From: Chloroflexota bacterium
Lineage (GTDB): Bacteria; Chloroflexota; UBA6077; FW602-bin22; JBCLEL01
DNA length: 64,000 bases
Reading direction: 5' to 3'
Assembly (NCBI GenBank): GCA_965262895.1
Contig: OZ253568.1
Location: 3,086,479-3,150,478 of the forward strand
The notes beneath the pieces were generated by a model. That model saw nothing but the letters and a program-made list of their open reading frames with translations. It was not told the DNA's origin and did no database searches. Shown one piece after another: positions 58,463-64,000 of this stretch. The first letter of the stretch is position 1, and every line of letters starts with the position of its first letter. The translations under genes and the position numbers were made by a program.

Positions 58463-59110
58463 CTAGTTTGGGTTAGCCTGCTGGGAAGTGGATGGGTCAA
58501 CCGAGTTACGAGCTCGCTCTCTCCGTCTGATCACTCGCGCCGAGACGTTTATCAAAAGAAAGCCAGCAACAAATAAGACTGCGAAGAGTGTGACCGCCAA
58601 CTCGAAATATTGCGAAAGGTAGTACTGTATAGTCTCGCCGAACGCGAATATCAATCCGCCCACCAGGAAAAACCTGGCTCCACGGCCGATCGCTGAGGCG
58701 ATCACGAAGCGTCTAAAATCCAATTCGAAGACACCGGCGCTTATGGAAAACACTTTATACGGGATGGGTGTAAATGCCGCGATCAGGATCGCCCACACGT
58801 CGTAGCGCTGATAAAGTCTTTGGACGAGCATAATCTTTTCTTCGCCGAATAGCTTGATCGCTATCGGCCGGCCTCCTCTCGTGCCCATCTGGTGCCCAAG
58901 CATACCGCCCAGGACCGACCCAATCATACATACGAGTGCGAACACCAAGGCCGTCGGTGGATTTGCGATGCTCAGAGCGATAAGCAAAATATCCGGAGGA
59001 ACCGGAAAGAAACTAGATTCTGCGAATGATATGACGAAGAGTGCGGCCGGACCGTATGGTGATTCCGCCCACGCGACTACCCACTCCACGAGATGTCGAA
59101 GAATTTCCAC
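58463..59110 (-). CDS. DedA/YqaA-family (VTT domain) membrane protein
   Basis: ..FVISFAESSFFPVPPDILLIAL.. is typical of the YqaA/DedA family. Confidence 0.8.
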   Translation of the reverse strand: MEILRHLVEWVVAWAESPYGPAALFVISFAESSFFPVPPDILLIALSIANPPTALVFALVCMIGSVLGGMLGHQMGTRGGRPIAIKLFGEEKIMLVQRLYQRYDVWAILIAAFTPIPYKVFSISAGVFELDFRRFVIASAIGRGARFFLVGGLIFAFGETIQYYLSQYFELAVTLFAVLFVAGFLLINVSARVIRRRERARNSVDPSTSQQANPN

Positions 59111-59307
59111 TCAGAAATCCCTCCTACGGTTCTAGTTGTATTCCGCCTCGCACGCCGACGTGACGTGGAGAGCCAATGCCGGAACTACTCAATCCGGCCA
59201 CTAAATCTTGCGCATGAAGCCCACGGACTCAGCTATTCTCGAAGGTCGTCTGCCGCAAGACCTTGGAACGGTTTGGACAGCTAGGAAAGTCAGTATCCTA
59301 AAATGCG

Positions 59308-59766
59308 CTACTTCCAGCCGCGCAGGACTTTCTCGGTTTCCTCTTTGTGGGTGGTTTCATCCTTGATAAAGTCTTCAAGGACCAGTCTCAGAGCGTGCTC
59401 GCCAAGCTGTCCGGCGAATTCTGCATGCTCGACGTACCGATTGATGGCGTCTTCTTCAGCCGAAAGTACATTATTTAGCATTTCTACTGGCTCGGTGGCT
59501 TCGGGAACAGCTTTTGGCTCGGTTATCGGAACGCCACCTAGCGCCGCCACCTTTTGCGCCAAGTACTGGGAATGGCTCAACTCACTGCTAACTTCGCTGG
59601 AGAAGAACTCCGAGAGCCAGGACCTATGAGGGCCCGTTACTACAGATGAATACTGGATGTACATGATGACGGCCTGATACTCGTACGCCAAGTCCTCGTT
59701 GATGGCGCTGATCAGCCGGTCCTTGGCGTTGCTGGTTATTTCGGTGACAGAAGATACGGTAGCCAT
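59308..59766 (-). CDS. ferritin-like domain protein
   Basis: 152 aa. E..A...Y and E..H..E motifs (..NEDLAYEYQAV.., ..EEDAINRY.., ..DETTHKEE..) form a di-iron four-helix bundle pattern. Confidence 0.75.
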   Translation of the reverse strand: MATVSSVTEITSNAKDRLISAINEDLAYEYQAVIMYIQYSSVVTGPHRSWLSEFFSSEVSSELSHSQYLAQKVAALGGVPITEPKAVPEATEPVEMLNNVLSAEEDAINRYVEHAEFAGQLGEHALRLVLEDFIKDETTHKEETEKVLRGWK

Positions 59767-60054
59767 GAGATCTCCTTCGAGTGTCTGCTTGAAGTGCTAG
59801 TTTGTTAGTGCGATAAGAGTATAGTTTGTTTTCCGTTTGGTTGAAAACTTGTGCCAATTCGTGAAAATCATATTACCTAATGTAGGAATAGTGACGAGAT
59901 GACGTCTCCCGGATGAGAATGGCGACTCTTGACTTCTATGCATCATGGGCGCTCAATCGAATTGAAACAGGTAAGTTCCGGCGGCGTTTCTGTCTTGACC
60001 CCTAGGACGTAGGAACGCCATACTTCGCGCGGAAAATCGAGGCGGGTAAACATT

Positions 60055-60130
60055 GGGTGGTTAGCTCAGCCGGCTAGAGCGCCAAGTTCACATCGTGGAG
60101 GTCACTGGTTCGAGTCCAGTATCGCCCACC
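60055..60130 (+). tRNA. tRNA-Val (anticodon CAC)
   Basis: Hand-folded cloverleaf. Anticodon loop TTCACAT. T arm ACTGG-TTCGAGT-CCAGT. One A-G mismatch in the anticodon stem. Confidence 0.85.
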
Positions 60131-60392
60131 TGGGCGGGTTCCCCGCCCGTCTCCGGTTCCCCCTCTGCGTGGTTGACAACGGGCGGAGCTTCCGCGAGGA
60201 CGTCAAGGCCCCCGCCAGCCACTCCAACTCATGCAACTATATATCTCTCGCCCGTGTCCGCCATCTGTCTGACCCTAACCATTCACGAGGCTTGCCGGTA
60301 TTCTGGGCGTTCCAACTCTCTCCAACCCTGGTTGCCCACGTAGTTCGTCAATCTCACCCTGATCTGGAACGGCGGCCCTCGCCTGCGCGCAC

Positions 60393-60704
60393 TTGCCAAT
60401 CATGACTATCTGTTACTTTATCGGCGTGTACATACTACCGCTACCGGGCTGCAGCGAAAACCTGCTCGTTCGCGACGGGAACGGAACGTTCTACGGGGCC
60501 TCAAGTTGTGAATTCAGAGGGAATATCCGTGACAGCAAGGTCCCGTATGAAATAAGCTCGGGTGAAGCAAGCATGGGCATAGCCTTGGAGTACGAATTGC
60601 CGGAAAGCGCCAGCGACTTCGAACTGCTAGCGGCATTTGAACTGGACGAAGAGGCCGGCCGTGCGGAGGGCTTCATTATCAGACTGTCTGACATAAAGCC
60701 GTAA
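60393..60704 (+). CDS. hypothetical small protein (possible lipoprotein)
   Basis: 103-aa ORF with a hydrophobic N-terminus ending LPLPGCS. No other support. Confidence 0.3.
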   Translation: MPIMTICYFIGVYILPLPGCSENLLVRDGNGTFYGASSCEFRGNIRDSKVPYEISSGEASMGIALEYELPESASDFELLAAFELDEEAGRAEGFIIRLSDIKP

Positions 60705-60778
60705 TCGGTCGGGACAACTCGTCAGACCCCAGCAGCCCAACGGGGAAAGGAGAACGGCGAGTGAAAGGAGAACAGCGA

Positions 60779-61342
60779 GTGAATGGAACTATATTGGATT
60801 ACTCTGTTCAAACCAACTCGGGGTTAATCACGGGGGATAACGGCAACCGATATAACTTCGTCGGGGCCGAATGGAAGGACCAGGCGATTCCCAACCGGGG
60901 AATGCGGGTGGATTTCGAGGCGCAGGGCGGCGATGCCTTAGCCATCTACAGTGCTATGCCGTACCCCGGCGCTGGCGGGATAGGCGGCGCTCTTGACGGC
61001 CTGTTGGGATCCGAGAGGACCAAGGTGGTTGCCGGGGTGCTGGGGATACTCCTTGGCTGGGCCGGCGCCCACAAGTTCTACCTGGGCATCAAGCAGCCCG
61101 CGATGATACAGTTGGCAGTTGGCGGCGGCGGCTTGGTGTTGGCTTCAGTTGTGGCCAATGTATTTATCGCTTTAGGGATTTTCGGCGTTGGCATCATCAT
61201 TGGCTTATTGCTGTCCGGGGTTGGCTATATTGCTCTGATGGCTGCTGGCATACTTGGGCTAGTGGAAGGCATTATCTACCTGACCAAGTCCGATGAAGAC
61301 TTCCAGACCATCTACGTAACCGGCCGGAAACAGTGGCTCTAG
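60779..61342 (+). CDS. TM2-domain membrane protein with N-terminal soluble beta-rich domain
   Basis: ..GILLGWAGAHKFYLG.. is the TM2 motif. GTG at 60779 follows an AAGGAGAA RBS. Confidence 0.7.
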   Translation: MNGTILDYSVQTNSGLITGDNGNRYNFVGAEWKDQAIPNRGMRVDFEAQGGDALAIYSAMPYPGAGGIGGALDGLLGSERTKVVAGVLGILLGWAGAHKFYLGIKQPAMIQLAVGGGGLVLASVVANVFIALGIFGVGIIIGLLLSGVGYIALMAAGILGLVEGIIYLTKSDEDFQTIYVTGRKQWL

Positions 61343-61569
61343 TCGAAGGCGAGCGGGGAATTTGACGGTATTGGGCGCGAGGCCCCGCTCCCGGTGTTTC
61401 TCTGCGCGCCGAACACGCGGCAATGGGGTGTGCTCAAGCGCCTGAGTTCACTCCTGGCCTTCTGGTTGGTTGTGAATCTCTCTCCCCGGCCTGCTCCGAG
61501 CCTAAAGCTACGTCTACTCCTCCCCCCATATCCACTTCAGTCCCCATGTCCGCATCTTCTTCGGGGGCG

Positions 61570-61650
61570 CGATTGCCAATGATAACGACACAGTAGAAGT
61601 CCACTACCGAGGCACCTTGGACTACGGCGAGGTCTTCGATTCGACCTCGT
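61570..61650 (+). pseudogene. FKBP-type peptidyl-prolyl isomerase fragment
   Basis: ..DTVEVHYRGTLDYGEVFDSTS.. is the FKBP signature (V.VHY.GtL.dG..FDSS). It has no start codon, and the downstream FKBP motifs are missing. Confidence 0.35.
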
Positions 61651-61813
61651 CGTTGCCTTGTCACATCCCTTGTGCGCCCACCGCCGCTACAACCCGACCT
61701 CCCAGCGAAAAGTTTGCAGTACAGTACGCTTAGGCCCACCAAAATCGACAACCTTCGTTTTGCAGTTCAGCATGGCGCTCTAGACTTGTGCCAGACTAAC
61801 CTAATATATCTGA

Positions 61814-62424
61814 ATGAAGAGTGGTAGCTTTCCAACCAATTGTCGTGGGCTTGAAGCAATACGCAGCTCCCCTGGCACCAGCGTAGCAAACAGCGGGAAC
61901 CGCCTCCTACCCAATCGCTTCCAGGTCACTCGTCCCGGCTTCGCGGCGGGAGAGTATCCTGGCGCGAAGGGCCCTATCGAGGCTGCAAGAAAGCTGAGAA
62001 TATTGCTAAGAGCGGGATCGACCACTTCATCGACCCGGCGGAGCCGGGAGAATTGATCCCCTATGCTGAGATTGCGGAGAAGGGAGCCCGTTGCCTTGGC
62101 CCGGCCGTTGGATATGAACGGTGTCCAATTGTTCACCAGTGCGTTCCAAGCAGTCCAGAGCAGATGGGCGGGATCCTCGACGCCATCGACACCGCTATGC
62201 GTGACGGCAAGACCGTGTACCTCCATTGTTGGGGCGGAGTTGGCCGGACCGGTAACGTGGTTGGGTGCTCGTTGGTCAGGCATGGACACACGAGAGACGC
62301 AGCCCATCGCCAGATTGCCGAGTGGTGGCAGGGAGTTGAAAAGGTCTACCGGCAGCCCATCTCGCCCGAAACGAGCGAACAACATGAGCACGTCCGCAAC
62401 TGGACTGTGCCGTCGTTAGAATAG
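61814..62424 (+). pseudogene. dual-specificity/tyrosine phosphatase (HCxxGxxR), frameshifted
   Basis: N-part frame: ..RPGFAAGEYPGAKGPIEAARKLRILLRAG. C-part frame: IDHFIDPAEPGELIPYAEI...VYLHCWGGVGRTG... The two frames join only by a 1-nt shift near 62015, in a GGG run. Confidence 0.6.
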
Positions 62425-62432
62425 GTAACCGC

Positions 62433-63404
62433 TTGAGTGAGCTAACCACACGGGACCGGTTTCGCGGTTGCCTGCTGGGGCTGGCGGCGGGTGACGCGCT
62501 GGGCACCACGCTGGAGTTCGAGCGGCCCGGTAGTTTCCAGCGAATCGACGACATGATCGGCGGCGGGCAGTTTAACTTGGAACCCGGCCAGTGGACCGAT
62601 GACACGTCCATGGCCCTGTGCTTGGCCGCCAGCCTGATCGAGAGGGGCGAGTTTGACTCGATGGACCAGATGCGACGCTACGTGCGTTGGCGGGATGAGG
62701 GTTACCTCTCCTCCACAGGGACATGCTTCGACATTGGGAACACCATCGCAGGTGCGTTGTCGCGCTTTATGGATACAGGCGAACCTTATGCCGGCTCTTC
62801 CGACCCTTATTCCGCCGGGAACGGTTCGCTGATGCGGCTTGCGCCGGTGCCGATGTACTTTGCAGGCGATGCTGCCGAAGCAATCAGCAGGAGCGCCGAT
62901 AGTTCCCGAACCACCCACGGGGCCGAAGAAGCGGTTGACGCTTGCCGCTACTTCGCCGGCCTGCTCGTTGGCGCTTTGAATTGCGTCGACAGAGAGACGC
63001 TCCTCTCCGCACGCTATTGCCCGGCGGAAGGCCTTTGGGAAAGAAGCCCGCTGGCGGCAAAGGTCGCCACTGTGGCAGGCGGGTCGTTCAAGGATCGAAA
63101 ACCTCCTGAGATCAAGGGATCGGGCTACGTTGTAAAGTCGCTGGAGGCGGCGCTATGGGCCTTCCACAACTCTCAGGACTTTCGTGACGGAGCCCTTCTG
63201 GCCGCCAACCTCGGGGACGACGCCGACACCACCACCGCAATCTACGGGCAGATCGCCGGGGCTCACTATGGGGTTGGGGCTATCCCGTCTGAATGGCGGG
63301 ACCGCCTGACGATGGTGGCTGAGATTACGTCGATGGCCGACAGTCTCCATGACCACGCCAGGCAGTCCTTGCCCGCAAGGCCGCACAATAGGAAGGCACC
63401 ATGA
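62433..63404 (+). CDS. ADP-ribosylglycohydrolase (DraG/ARH family)
   Basis: ..RFRGCLLGLAAGDALGTTLEF.., ..GQWTDDTSMAL.. and ..GDDADTTTAIYGQIAGAHYG.. motifs. Confidence 0.9.
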   Translation: MSELTTRDRFRGCLLGLAAGDALGTTLEFERPGSFQRIDDMIGGGQFNLEPGQWTDDTSMALCLAASLIERGEFDSMDQMRRYVRWRDEGYLSSTGTCFDIGNTIAGALSRFMDTGEPYAGSSDPYSAGNGSLMRLAPVPMYFAGDAAEAISRSADSSRTTHGAEEAVDACRYFAGLLVGALNCVDRETLLSARYCPAEGLWERSPLAAKVATVAGGSFKDRKPPEIKGSGYVVKSLEAALWAFHNSQDFRDGALLAANLGDDADTTTAIYGQIAGAHYGVGAIPSEWRDRLTMVAEITSMADSLHDHARQSLPARPHNRKAP

Positions 63405-63574
63405 CGGCGGAAGGAACTGAACGAACGGGTGACATTCGGGGCGTGAATGTGCACTGGGTCAGTCATCAAAGCCGTGGCCGACGAGGCATTGGAGTGTCCG
63501 TCGCCGGAGTTCGAGGCCTAGCGTTCACAATGAGAGCGCCCATCGAAGCCTTAGCTGTACAAAGGGAGTCCTGA
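63401..63574 (+). CDS. possible 57-aa ORF translationally coupled to both neighbours
   Basis: Its ATG overlaps the ARH stop (ATGA) and its TGA overlaps the next ATG (TGATG). It falls below the ORF-track size cutoff, and its composition is not convincing. Confidence 0.3.
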   Translation: MTAEGTERTGDIRGVNVHWVSHQSRGRRGIGVSVAGVRGLAFTMRAPIEALAVQRES

Positions 63575-63870
63575 TGAACAACATCGACACAGCATTCGCC
63601 AAAATGTTCGAAAGTTGGAACATCCATCTTTCTCTTAATGCCACTACTCTGAAGCAACCCGGCAAGATCGTGCAAGCCGGATGGGCCATACGGTATGTGT
63701 TCGGCGAGGACTATCTCGACTATTATGCCGAACACCGTATGACTAACCCGCACCACGAGAGAATCCACTCCGATGGGCGGTGTGAGTCATTGGAGGCCCC
63801 GAGCAACAATGTTGAGGCAATTCGATCTTTTGACCACCAGGACGTAGGGAGGCTATACTTCGTGTGGTAA
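63574..63870 (+). CDS. hypothetical protein
   Basis: 98 aa with an AGGGAG RBS and protein-like composition. No recognised motif. Confidence 0.5.
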   Translation: MNNIDTAFAKMFESWNIHLSLNATTLKQPGKIVQAGWAIRYVFGEDYLDYYAEHRMTNPHHERIHSDGRCESLEAPSNNVEAIRSFDHQDVGRLYFVW

Positions 63871-63889
63871 AACGAGTCGGGTAGTGATA

Positions 63890-63966
63890 GGGCGGTTAGC
63901 TCAGCTGGCTAGAGCGCCACGTTGACATCGTGGAGGTCACTGGTTCGAGTCCAGTATCGCCCACCA
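63890..63966 (+). tRNA. tRNA-Val (anticodon GAC), CCA encoded
   Basis: Hand-folded cloverleaf with anticodon loop TTGACAT. The 3' half is identical to the tRNA-Val at 60055. Confidence 0.9.
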
Positions 63967-63975
63967 TTTGCCTCA

Positions 63976-64000
63976 GGGCGCATTCGTCTAGCGGCCTAGG
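63976..64000 (+). tRNA. 5' part of another tRNA (Glu-like D arm), truncated by the window end
   Basis: GGGCGCATTCGTCTAGCGGCCTAGG resembles the acceptor and D arm (TTCGTCTAG.GGCCTAGGAC) of tRNA-Glu. Confidence 0.45.

Noticed and set aside
60055-63966. The two tRNA-Val genes as attL/attR of an integrated genomic island
   Set aside because: Both are complete tRNAs with different anticodons rather than a tRNA plus a 3' fragment. No integrase or excisionase lies between them. Kept only as a neighbourhood observation.

Overview
GC-rich chromosomal window. Gene content and order suggest a Chloroflexota-like monoderm, with many TTG/GTG starts; the taxon is inference only. Housekeeping content: HU, NUDIX, three D-2-hydroxyacid dehydrogenase paralogs, clpC-radA-ispD-ispF, ndk, apgM, E2/E3 lipoamide enzymes, GGT, an ECF sigma/anti-sigma pair, and tRNA-Lys, two tRNA-Val and a partial tRNA. 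A cobalamin riboswitch precedes a btuC/F/D-like importer, followed by a corrinoid salvage/nucleotide-loop cluster (cobT-cobS-cbiB-cobD-cobQ). Items the ORF track does not show: (1) a SelW/Rdx-type selenoprotein gene with an in-frame UGA (CxxU) and a SECIS-like hairpin; (2) a MITE family with IS66-like GTAA ends and 8-bp target duplications (3 copies plus a solo end), two copies carrying a nested element whose 125-bp core is identical but inverted between them; (3) several families of REP-like hairpin repeats in mosaic clusters, plus a decayed REP-associated tyrosine transposase (RAYT); (4) ~1-kb composite direct repeats bracketing an FG-GAP/CRTAC1-like gene; (5) a 105-bp tandem array with a phased TTTTGCAAAA palindrome upstream of the ECF sigma operon; (6) a 516-bp tandem duplication creating a stand-alone ClpC N-domain gene; (7) a decayed type I R-M/toxin-antitoxin island next to tRNA-Lys; (8) an intact IS4-family element with 9-bp target duplication. 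No CRISPR array, rRNA or prophage was seen. All homology calls come from reading motifs by eye; no searches were run.
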